This document shows, piece by piece, positions 9,131-17,424 of a stretch of DNA of 64,000 nt (the stretch's first letter is position 1; every line of letters begins with the position of its first letter). The DNA is from Acidobacteriota bacterium (GTDB taxonomy: Bacteria > Acidobacteriota > UBA890 > WLXD01), in the NCBI GenBank assembly GCA_965205505.1, contig CBDBHB010000008.1:64001-128000 (forward strand), read 5' to 3'. The translations under genes were made by a program, and so were the position numbers. The notes under the pieces are model-generated. The model saw nothing but the letters and a program-made list of their open reading frames with translations. It made no database searches and was not told the origin of the DNA.

Positions 9131-9969
9131 TTAGCTTGCGGCGCCGTGCCTTTTACTCGGCATTCTGACCTCCCGTTCCCGACCCAGATCGTGACACTCG
9201 CTCTGGATCCGTTGCGGGGGGCGGCGCATCTCGGACTCCGAGAACTCCACGCACCGGTCCGGGTTGTAACCGATGACCAGGACGTCGCGGATAGCGGGTT
9301 GCCCAGACGCTTTGGGTCTGATCGGCGACACGCCGTGCATTACGTGCGGATCCCAGAGGATGAGCGAGTCCATGGACTCCTGGAGGGTGAGGCTCTCAAG
9401 CAGACACCGGTCGTTGTCGTAGACGCCGCTGATGCCCCCTACCACGTTCTGTCGCTGGACAAGGTGGACCCATCTCCATCGTGGTGGACGCCTTCCGGCG
9501 TCGGCTCGCCGGCTTCGTCCGGCTGCCCGATGATCCGGAACAAATGGACATCGATTGTCCACGTCCGTACGGCCTTCCAGCCTGCGACCGGAAACCGGCT
9601 GAAGTCGAATCGGATGAGCTCGCGGAGAAACGGGTTAGCGATGGTCGAGTCCTCTAGGGGAGCGAATCGTCGATCGATCCCGCCGGCGTAGCCGTTGACG
9701 TCAGGCGATTGGTAGTAGAGAGCCTGGCTCAGAGAGCGAAGCCTCCCGGTGGCGGGCGTCAGCTCGAAGTAACCCATACGCCGCGTTCGGAAGGTCGCGC
9801 CGCTCTTGAGGTAGCGGTCCGGCTGGAGGTGGTCCCACTCGTTCCACAGCCGTCTCTGCTCGCCCGACAGGCCCGGGGCGATCGAGAATCGACTCGCCGG
9901 GATCCACGCGTACCGGTTGTCGCGTAGATCGCAGTATGTCTCGGAGTCGCAGCGAATCAGGTCGGTCAC
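9131..9969 (-). pseudogene. 2OG-Fe(II) dioxygenase (2OG-Fe_Oxy_2/BsmA-like), disrupted near 9470
   Basis: The 9439-9969 frame has DRYL...RTRR...YYQS...NGYAGGIDRRFAPL...VHLFRI...PTPEGVHHDG. The 9131-9562 frame continues VHLVQRQNVVGG...HGVSPI...RDVLVI. Several residues appear lost at the junction. Confidence 0.78.
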
Positions 9970-10304
9970 AGTGGATCCTATTCAGCGTGGGACGCGACAT
10001 CCGCAGGCTCACCATCTCCCTGGAAGCCCTTTCCGACCAGCCCGTGCTCGCCGTCATCCTCATTGCCCGAGGGTAACATGAGCAAAGAAGCTGCGATCCA
10101 GATGGGCAGCGTCGGAACATCGAGCCGACGATTGGAGCGATCCGCGGCGTTGGCCGGGCTCTCGAACCCGTCGTCGAGAGAATAGGCGTCTCGTTCGACG
10201 GTCGTCCGCGCGTCGCCGGGTAGAGCTTCTCGATGTGCTGGCCATGTTCGATGGCCACTCGACCGGACCCTGCCGATCCCGTGGCTGTGCGTTGAATCCA
10301 AGAG

Positions 10305-10378
10305 TCGGGACGGGGAGATTTGAACTCCCGACCCCCTGACCCCCAGTCAGGTGCGCCACCAAGCTGCGCCACGTCCCG
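10305..10378 (-). tRNA. tRNA-Pro (anticodon GGG), CCA not encoded
   Basis: Reverse complement CGGGACGTGGCGCAGCTTGGTGGCGCACCTGACTGGGGGTCAGGGGGTCGGGAGTTCAAATCTCCCCGTCCCGA; anticodon arm CCTGA-CTGGGGG-TCAGG. Confidence 0.93.
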
Positions 10379-10410
10379 AAGCGAGGTCGGCGTGGTGCTG
10401 GCCGCCCCGA

Positions 10411-10770
10411 TCAGAGCTTGTCATTGGCCTCTAGCAGGGTCAAGATCGCATCGATCTCGCGCCGAGCGTCCTCCAGCAGCGCCGCCGAATCCGGTTCTCC
10501 CGCTCCGGTCGACTCCGACCGCAGCCGCCTTCGCGCCCCGGCGATCGTGTAGCCCTCCTGGTGCAGCAGGTCGCGGATTCGGAGGATAATCTCGATGTCG
10601 TCGGGACGATACATCCGCTGACCGCCGAGACTCTTGCGGGGGCGGAGCTGTGGGAACTCATGCTCCCAGTACCGTAGGACGTGGCTCTCCAGGTCGGTCA
10701 GGCTGCACACCTCGCCCATGCGATAGAAGCCCTTGCGATATCCGGTCGCGAGCGCTGTCGACTCACCCAT
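10411..10770 (-). CDS. MerR family transcriptional regulator
   Basis: FYRMGEVCSLTDLESHVLRYWEHEFPQLRP...GQRMY...GYTIAGA; usual position after ihfA. Confidence 0.9.
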   Translation of the reverse strand: MGESTALATGYRKGFYRMGEVCSLTDLESHVLRYWEHEFPQLRPRKSLGGQRMYRPDDIEIILRIRDLLHQEGYTIAGARRRLRSESTGAGEPDSAALLEDARREIDAILTLLEANDKL

Positions 10771-11047
10771 TTATCGCCTCGAGCAAAGCAGGTGCCGGAT
10801 GGAAGGAGACGGCTCGACGTGCCGGAATGAGCATGCTCTGCCCCGTGACCGGATTGACGCCTCGGCGTGGGGCGCGCTCGGCCACCTCGAAGGCGCCGAA
10901 GTTCGTGATCATGACCCTGTCGCCACGCTCGAGGCAACGCCGCAAGACGGTGAACACTCTGTCGACGTGTCTGACCGCGTCACCGACCGAAATCGCGGGC
11001 TCCGCGGCGTGGATGGCGTGGGCGATCTCTCGCTTCGTGAGCGTCAT
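10763..11047 (-). CDS. Integration host factor alpha / HU family protein
   Basis: MTLTKREIA...VMITNFGAFEV...RRGVNPVTG...IPARRAVSFHP. Confidence 0.88.
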   Translation of the reverse strand: MTLTKREIAHAIHAAEPAISVGDAVRHVDRVFTVLRRCLERGDRVMITNFGAFEVAERAPRRGVNPVTGQSMLIPARRAVSFHPAPALLEAING

Positions 11048-11088
11048 GACGCCTTGGGGATGTATCTTGACCCTTGTTACGACGGGGA

Positions 11089-12450
11089 TTATAGCTCACC
11101 TTCCGTGTCCTTCTGGCGACGGTCCTTGGTACGGCGAATCCAAACGCGTACGGGCGTTCCGCTGAAATCGAACTCGTCGCGCAAGCGGTTCTCCAGGTAT
11201 CGTTTGAAGTTGTCTGGAAGCTTCCGGCGTCCCCCACTGACGAACACTACGAAGCTCGGCGGCCCGACTCTGGCCTGCGTCAGGTACTTCAGCTGCGGCG
11301 AGCCCGGCGGGCCCTGTGCCCCACGCTGCTCCAGGCGTTCGAACAGGGCGTTGAGGGTTGCGGTGGGGACGCGCCGCATGCGGTTCCGCTGAACGCGGTC
11401 GATGCGTGCGAACAAGCCGTCGACAGCGCGCCCGGTCTTGGCGGAGGTGAACGCAACATCGGCGAACCCGATGCGTCCCATTCGGTTCCGTAGCTCGCGC
11501 TGCCAGGCGTCCGCCCTTCCCGTTTGGCTGGTCACCAGGTCCCACTTATTGACCACCACGATGACGGCGCAGCCCGACTCGCCCGCCTCTGAAGCAATGG
11601 TGACGTCTTGCCGGGTGAGCCCGACAGTGGCGTCGACAACCAGCAGCGCCACATCGGCACGCTGCATCCGCCGTCGAGCTATCGTGACGCTCACCATTTC
11701 GACGAATCCCTCGCGGCGTCCGCCGCGCCGAATTCCGGCGGTATCGATGAGCAGATAAGGACGCTCGTCGCGCACCATCAACGTGTCGATGGCATCGCGC
11801 GTAGTTCCCGAAACCTCGCTGACGATCACCCGTTCCTGACCCAGCATGGCGTTCACGAGAGACGACTTGCCGACGTTGGGTCGCCCGACAACAGCGACCT
11901 TGATCGTCCCTTCGGGAAGCGGGTCGGGCTCGGCATCAGACGCCGGTAGCCTGGCGATGATGGCGTCGAGCAGGTCCGCCACCCCATCTCCGTGCTCCGC
12001 CGCGATGGTGAACACCGGCTGCACACCCAGCTCATGGAACTCCGAGGCGCTCGCCGCAGCGATCTGTTCGGTATCGCACTTGTTGACAACCAGCAGCATC
12101 AGGATGCCGCGGCGGCGCAATTCCATGACGATGCGCGCCTCGATGGGCACCATGCCCTGGCGAACATCGACCAGAAAGAGCACCAACTGGGCGTCTTCCA
12201 CCGCGTACAGGGCATGATCCTGGATCTTCCGCAGCAGCTCATCGGCCGACTCCCACTCGACTCCACCGGTATCGTTGAGCAGGAAATGGCGCCCCCCCCA
12301 CTCCGCCGCGGCGCAATGGCGGTCTCGAGTGAGACCCACCTCGGCGCCTACGATCGCCTGCCGGCGACCCAGGATGCGGTTGAACAAGGTCGACTTGCCG
12401 ACGTTCGGACGGCCGACGATTACGACTTCGGGTAGGCGATCTTCGGCCAT
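11089..12450 (-). CDS. der: Ribosome biogenesis GTPase Der (EngA)
   Basis: Two GRPNVGKS P-loops, DTGG/DTAG, NKCD/NKWD, C-terminal YLENRLRDEFDFSGTP. Confidence 0.95.
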   Translation of the reverse strand: MAEDRLPEVVIVGRPNVGKSTLFNRILGRRQAIVGAEVGLTRDRHCAAAEWGGRHFLLNDTGGVEWESADELLRKIQDHALYAVEDAQLVLFLVDVRQGMVPIEARIVMELRRRGILMLLVVNKCDTEQIAAASASEFHELGVQPVFTIAAEHGDGVADLLDAIIARLPASDAEPDPLPEGTIKVAVVGRPNVGKSSLVNAMLGQERVIVSEVSGTTRDAIDTLMVRDERPYLLIDTAGIRRGGRREGFVEMVSVTIARRRMQRADVALLVVDATVGLTRQDVTIASEAGESGCAVIVVVNKWDLVTSQTGRADAWQRELRNRMGRIGFADVAFTSAKTGRAVDGLFARIDRVQRNRMRRVPTATLNALFERLEQRGAQGPPGSPQLKYLTQARVGPPSFVVFVSGGRRKLPDNFKRYLENRLRDEFDFSGTPVRVWIRRTKDRRQKDTEGEL

Positions 12451-12549
12451 CGTTGGGGGCTCGGGCACGACCTCAGCGGCAGGTCTTAAAGACTATGCTA
12501 AGCTTCGGTTCTCTTCACTCGAATCGGCCCACTCGACCCTGAAAGCTGC

Positions 12550-12828
12550 ATGATCAAGGCAGATATCGTCGAGCGCATTGCCGCCGCCACCGGCATCCCG
12601 AAGATCCAGGCGGAGCGCGCCGTCGACCGCATCCTACAGGCGGTCAAAAACTCCCTCGCACGCGGGGAACGCATCGAGCTCCGGGGGTTTGGAGTGTTCG
12701 ACGTACGCCCGCGCAAGAGCGGCATCGGACGGAACCCTCGTACAGGAGAAGAGGTCGTTATTCCGTCGGGCAAGACGACTCGCTTCAAGCCCGGCAAACA
12801 CCTGTCGAATCTCCCTGTCGACCTCTGA
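12550..12828 (+). CDS. HU/IHF family DNA-binding protein
   Basis: MIKADIV...GERIELRGFGVF...GRNPRTGEEV...FKPGK. Confidence 0.92.
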   Translation: MIKADIVERIAAATGIPKIQAERAVDRILQAVKNSLARGERIELRGFGVFDVRPRKSGIGRNPRTGEEVVIPSGKTTRFKPGKHLSNLPVDL

Positions 12829-12845
12829 CCCGCGCAGCGAACCTC

Positions 12846-13880
12846 TTGCAACGCGACGATTCGTCCGCTCCGCCTCCCGGGCCCAGGCAATCTCCAGATT
12901 GGCCGTCGCCCGACCCGTCAGGTGAGCCGAGACCTCACGGCGACTACGGCACCGATCCCCAGACGACGCTGGAGCTGCCCGCACTGTCGCCCCCGCGTGG
13001 CCGACGACATACGGTGCTGTTCGTGTTGACCGTCCTGACCACAAGTTACTGGGGCTTCATCCAATATCAGATCTACTACCTCGATGACCTCGTCACGCTC
13101 AATCCCTTCTCCGAGCCCATGCTCTGGCTCGCCGGCCTACCGTATGGGCTCGCTGTCATCGCGTTTCTCCTTGCACACGAGATGGGCCACTACCTGGCTT
13201 GCCGGTACTACGGAATAGGTGCGACCCTGCCCTACTTCATTCCGATCCCGTATCTACCGGGGTTGGTGCTTCTGCCCGGCACGATGGGAGCCGTAATCCG
13301 CATTGTGTCGCCGATCAAGAGCCGTCGCGCGCTATTCGACATAGCCATCGCCGGACCGCTCGCCGGCTTCGTCGCGGCGCTCCCCATACTTGCAGTCGGG
13401 CTGGCGCAATCGCGAGTCGTGAACCTACGAGACCTCGGTGCCGGCACTATAACCATGGGCGAACCGCTGATCTGGGCGCCGCTGACTACCATCTTCGCGC
13501 CGCCGTTGGGCCCCGAGCAGACCCTGCTGGCACATCCGCTGGCCTTCGTTGGGTGGTTCGCACTGCTGGTGACCGCCATGAACCTGCTGCCGGTCGGGCA
13601 GCTGGACGGCGGGCATCTGCTCTACGCGATTACTCCCCGCCTACACCGCGCCATATCTCTGCTGATGGTGCTGGCGATGGTCGTTGCTGGATTCCGCTAC
13701 TTCAGCGGCTGGTTGGTCTTCGCGTTCCTGGTGCTGTTCGTGCTCGGAACACGCCACCCTCGCCCGTTGACCTTCGAGGGAAATCTCGGCCTGACCCGAT
13801 CGCTGTTGCTCATGCTGGCCATCCTCGTCTTCATGACTTCGTTTACGCTCGTGCCGGTGACGATCGACTTGAGCTTTTAG
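12846..13880 (+). CDS. Site-2 protease (M50 family) membrane metalloprotease
   Basis: HEMGH zinc motif, DIAIAGPLAG, NLLPVGQLDGGH; start uncertain. Confidence 0.9.
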   Translation: MQRDDSSAPPPGPRQSPDWPSPDPSGEPRPHGDYGTDPQTTLELPALSPPRGRRHTVLFVLTVLTTSYWGFIQYQIYYLDDLVTLNPFSEPMLWLAGLPYGLAVIAFLLAHEMGHYLACRYYGIGATLPYFIPIPYLPGLVLLPGTMGAVIRIVSPIKSRRALFDIAIAGPLAGFVAALPILAVGLAQSRVVNLRDLGAGTITMGEPLIWAPLTTIFAPPLGPEQTLLAHPLAFVGWFALLVTAMNLLPVGQLDGGHLLYAITPRLHRAISLLMVLAMVVAGFRYFSGWLVFAFLVLFVLGTRHPRPLTFEGNLGLTRSLLLMLAILVFMTSFTLVPVTIDLSF

Positions 13881-13919
13881 TCCCCTGAGTCGGGCTTGGG
13901 GCCACTAGCAGGCCGTGGT
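13877..13919. repeat. Eroded ends of the CTAG element family
   Basis: CTAGCAGGCCGTGGT (13905-13919) equals the first 15 nt of the type B end at 35671; the adjacent ...GGCCACTAG read on the minus strand is CTAGTGGCC, as at 4304 and 20363. Confidence 0.6.
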
Positions 13920-14106
13920 TGGCTCCCTGGATTCCGAGGCTAGCGATCAGGTGCAGGATGCGCAGCTTCGTCTCGATCGCCGGGTCGATCACCGAGGGCG
14001 ACTGCAGCCCGTCACGCAGGGTCTCGTCATTGAACTCGACCGGCAGCGTCTTCGTCGACGTCCGCGCCCCGTTCCAGTCGTATATGAGGTCGCTCTCCTC
14101 GAGCAT
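13909..14106 (-). pseudogene. Truncated 2-isopropylmalate/homocitrate synthase (LeuA/DRE-TIM family), about 65 N-terminal residues only
   Basis: LIYDWN...DETLRDGLQSPSV...KLRILHL...LGI motif, then recognisable sequence stops; full-length family members are several hundred residues. Confidence 0.8.
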
Positions 14107-14957
14107 CAGCTGTAGTCGTAGAAGCCGCGCCCGCTCTTGCGACCGTGGTGTCCTGCAAGCACCATGCGCTTGAGCAATGGCGGCGGCGCGAACTGCGGTG
14201 TCCTGAACTCGTCGAACATGATGTTGGCGATGTAGTACGTCGTGTCGAGCCCCACGAAATCGAGCAACGTAAGCGGGCCCATCGGGTACCCGCAGCCAAG
14301 CTTCATAGCGTTGTCTATGTCCTCGGCCGACGCCAGCCCCTCGTCGAGCACGCGTATCGCATCCAGCATGTAGGGCACGAGCAAGCGGTTGACAATGAAG
14401 CCGGTGCGATCTTTGGCCACGACCGGAGTCTTGCCGATGGACTCGCCGAAGGCTCGCCCTGCCTCGACGACCACCGGATCGGTCAGCAGCGTAAAGACCA
14501 CCTCGACGAGCTTCATCAGTGGCACGGGAGAGAAAAAATGCAACCCGATGAACCGATCCGGCCGTTTGGTGATCACCGCCATCTCCGTGATGCTCAACGA
14601 AGACGTGTTGCTGGCGAAGATGGTGGATTCCTTACAAGCCTCGTCGAGGGCTGCATAGGTCTGACGTTTGATCTCGATGTCCTCGGTAACCGCTTCGATC
14701 ACCAGGTCGCAAGCGGCCATGTCGCCCAGCGTTGTAGTTCCTGTCAGCCGCCCCAGAACCTCGTCGACATCATCTTGTGTTGCCTTACCACGCTCGACTG
14801 CCTTGGCGAGGAAGCTGCGGATCCGATCCAGGCCCTTCTCGACGAGCTCCTCGTTGACTTCGCGGACGACAGTCTCGTAGCCGGCCTGGGCGCACACCTG
14901 CGCAATACCGCTGCCCATGAGACCGCATCCGACAACCCCGACCTTCTCGATTGACAT
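14106..14957 (-). CDS. 3-hydroxybutyryl-CoA dehydrogenase
   Basis: GCGLMGSGIA, IEAVTE, ASNTSSL, GLHFF, GFIVNRLL, YPMGPL...VGLD, GRKSGRGFY. Confidence 0.93.
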   Translation of the reverse strand: MSIEKVGVVGCGLMGSGIAQVCAQAGYETVVREVNEELVEKGLDRIRSFLAKAVERGKATQDDVDEVLGRLTGTTTLGDMAACDLVIEAVTEDIEIKRQTYAALDEACKESTIFASNTSSLSITEMAVITKRPDRFIGLHFFSPVPLMKLVEVVFTLLTDPVVVEAGRAFGESIGKTPVVAKDRTGFIVNRLLVPYMLDAIRVLDEGLASAEDIDNAMKLGCGYPMGPLTLLDFVGLDTTYYIANIMFDEFRTPQFAPPPLLKRMVLAGHHGRKSGRGFYDYS

Positions 14958-14975
14958 TCCTGTCTCCCGTAACCG

Positions 14976-16157
14976 TCAGTCTGCCTGCAGGCACATAGCA
15001 ATTCCTTGGCCGCCGCCGATGCAGGCGGTCGCCACCGCCTTGCCTCCACCGCGGCGCCGGAGCTCACGCAGCGCGCTGTAGGTGATCCGTGTGCCAGTCG
15101 CCCCGAGCAGATGGCCGAGCGCGATGGCGCCGCCGTTCACGTTGACCTTATCTCGGTCGAGGCCCAGCTCCTTCTCCACCGCGAGATACTCGCCGGCGAA
15201 CGCCTCGTTGACCTCGATCACGTCGATGTCACTGAGCTGCCATCCGGCCCGTTTCAGAGCCAGCTGGGTCGCTGGAACCGGACCGATTCCCATGATGCTG
15301 GGGTCCACGCCCACAGTCGCCCACGACATGATCCTCCCAAGCCCCTCGTGCCCGCGCTCGCCTGCCCAACCGGCCTCGGCAACGACGATTGCCGCCGCCC
15401 CGTCGACCATGCCGCTGGCGTTGCCGGCGCTAACGAACGACTCCTGGCCGAACGCTGTTGGCAAGCCGGCCAGGCCTTCCAGCGTGGTCTCCGGGCGCAG
15501 ATGGTCGTCGGCATCGATTGCCATCGACTTGCCGCGCTGCTTGATCTCGACCGGAACGATCTCCTCAGCCAGCCGGCCCGCCTGTTGCGCGGCATGGGCC
15601 TTCTGCTGACTCTGCAGCGCGAACTCATCTTGTTGCTTGCGGGTGAAGCCGTACTTACGCGCCAAGTTGTCTGACATCATCGACATCGTGCAGCCGCAGA
15701 ATGGATCCATGAGGGACTCGATCAAGGAGTCCTTCATCTCGGCAGCCTGCATGCGGAACCCCTGGCGCGCCCCGCACACCACATGTGGCGCCATGGTCAT
15801 GTTCTCCATGCCGGCGGCAACGCCGCAATCGATCTCCTTGGTAAGGACCAACTGCGCGATGGAGATGATCGACTGGATGCCGGAGCCGCAAAGGCGATTG
15901 ACCGTGACCGCCGGAGTGGTCTCAGGAAGGCCGGCGTTCAACGCAACGTGACGCGCACCGTACAGCGCATCGGTCGACGTCTGCATGGCGTTGCCGACAA
16001 CCACGTGTTCGATATCTTCCGGAGCGACACCGGCGCGCTCCACCGCGGCGCGCGTGGCGACGCTACACAGATCGATGGCGGAGGTTCGAGCGAAGTCGCC
16101 GAGAAAGCGTCGCATCGGTGTGCGCGCGCCTTCCAGGATCCACAGGTCGCGGCTCAT
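14976..16157 (-). CDS. Acetyl-CoA C-acyltransferase (thiolase)
   Basis: NRLCGSG, GNASG..DGAA, EVNEAFA, NVNGGAIALGH, CIGGGQG; SD AAGGAG upstream of ATG 16157. Confidence 0.93.
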   Translation of the reverse strand: MSRDLWILEGARTPMRRFLGDFARTSAIDLCSVATRAAVERAGVAPEDIEHVVVGNAMQTSTDALYGARHVALNAGLPETTPAVTVNRLCGSGIQSIISIAQLVLTKEIDCGVAAGMENMTMAPHVVCGARQGFRMQAAEMKDSLIESLMDPFCGCTMSMMSDNLARKYGFTRKQQDEFALQSQQKAHAAQQAGRLAEEIVPVEIKQRGKSMAIDADDHLRPETTLEGLAGLPTAFGQESFVSAGNASGMVDGAAAIVVAEAGWAGERGHEGLGRIMSWATVGVDPSIMGIGPVPATQLALKRAGWQLSDIDVIEVNEAFAGEYLAVEKELGLDRDKVNVNGGAIALGHLLGATGTRITYSALRELRRRGGGKAVATACIGGGQGIAMCLQAD

Positions 16158-16310
16158 CGAGTTCTCCTTCGTTATCGGCCGAGGACGCGCTTGACGCACG
16201 AAATCACGATCGGGTCCAAGCAGGTGGTCGCCGATTCGATCCAGCGAGTACCGGCGCCGTAGCGGTGACGGCGCGGCTGGCGGCGGGCGCCGAGACACGG
16301 CTATGTCCGG

Positions 16311-16700
16311 TCACCGACTTCGATTGTCCCACACGCCCCAAAGGCCGGCAAACGATGCCCAGACCAGCATCGTAACGACCGTCGTTGCCCCAACAACATC
16401 GGCAATCCAATCGTACAGTGAGGGTTCACGGCCGGGGATAAAGCTCTGATGAAACTCATCAGAGAAGCCGTACAGCGCCGCAAGCATCACCGCGATCACA
16501 CCGCGTCTGCGTGCTGCATGCGCCGCCGGCAGTCTGCTCCCGAGACCAAACCAGAGGGAGAGCGCCAGGACGCCGTACGCGAAAGCATGTTCGAGCTTGT
16601 CGATGCCCGACCCGGGCGGATCGAGAGAAGACTGGTGCGAGAGCCAGAAGATGCCGCTTGCTATCGCCACCGCCGGCAGCCAGCGCGCCACGCCAGTCAC
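16311..16700 (-). CDS. VanZ family protein
   Basis: IFWLS, DKLEHAFAYGVL, SDEFHQSFIPGR...DWIAD. Confidence 0.88.
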   Translation of the reverse strand: MTGVARWLPAVAIASGIFWLSHQSSLDPPGSGIDKLEHAFAYGVLALSLWFGLGSRLPAAHAARRRGVIAVMLAALYGFSDEFHQSFIPGREPSLYDWIADVVGATTVVTMLVWASFAGLWGVWDNRSR

Positions 16701-16704
16701 TCGC

Positions 16705-16875
16705 TTACAGCAGCACGAAGTACATCATCCACGACATCAGGTAGGCGACACCCACCATTCCGGCAGCGATCCAGCCCGCCAGCACTGCCGCGTCGCGAGG
16801 ATCGTGTCGCAACATCGCCCCGAGAACGAGACCCACCGCCAGGCAAAAAATAGTGAGGAACAGGAAGTGAATCAC
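16705..16875 (-). CDS. Small two-TM membrane protein (56 aa), not in the ORF track
   Basis: GTG at 16875 directly follows the upstream stop; MIHFLFLTIFCLAVGLVLGAMLRHDPRDAAVLAGWIAAGMVGVAYLMSWMMYFVLL* fills the gap to vanZ. Confidence 0.75.
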   Translation of the reverse strand: MIHFLFLTIFCLAVGLVLGAMLRHDPRDAAVLAGWIAAGMVGVAYLMSWMMYFVLL

Positions 16876-17340
16876 CTACCGGCGTCCGATCGCGACATCG
16901 AAGGCATCGAGCACGACAAGCAGGTTGAGCAGCCCTGCAACAAGCGTAAACGTGTTGCCGTACTCGAAGTATGCGCCCTCGAGGTTGCCGTCGGCCCCGC
17001 CCACGGCGTGGGCGACCGCGAACGGGATGCCCACACCAGCGGCACCAAGCGCCGCCAGGTATGTCAGGGGCTCACCAGAGATGGGCCTGTACACCTTGCC
17101 CTCGAGTGCGATTCCGCCAACCAGCAAGGCGAGTACCAAGGATCCGAACATGAGTCCACGCCGCCAGCGGCCGAGGAACATGTGACCGGCTCCGGGCACT
17201 GCCCAGGCGAGAACGCAGCCGAGCACGACGCTCGGCGGCGCCACCGGCTCATCGCGGGCGACCGCCTCCGGCGCTCCGGTTTCTTCCGCGTCGCCAGCGA
17301 TGGATCCGTCCATAGAGATTTCGTCTGGGGAGTCGGTCAC
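16876..17340 (-). CDS. Membrane protein, DUF6677-like
   Basis: WAVPGAGHMFLGRWRRG...FEYGNTFTLVAGLLNLLVVLDAFD; SD GGAGG upstream. Confidence 0.75.
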   Translation of the reverse strand: MTDSPDEISMDGSIAGDAEETGAPEAVARDEPVAPPSVVLGCVLAWAVPGAGHMFLGRWRRGLMFGSLVLALLVGGIALEGKVYRPISGEPLTYLAALGAAGVGIPFAVAHAVGGADGNLEGAYFEYGNTFTLVAGLLNLLVVLDAFDVAIGRR

Positions 17341-17424
17341 ACTTTCGTCCCTCCTGCCGGGCTGATCGTAGACGTCGCCATCTATGGGCGCAAACAGCGG
17401 CCTGCTGGTCTCCCGCGCGGGATA

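Noticed and set aside
9978-10301. 107-aa ORF inside the tRNA islet as an integrase
   Set aside because: No tyrosine or serine recombinase motifs; probably decayed sequence.
12846-13880. Site-2 protease as partner of the SpoIVB-like protease
   Set aside because: About 45 kb apart and of a widespread M50 type; nothing in the sequence links them.
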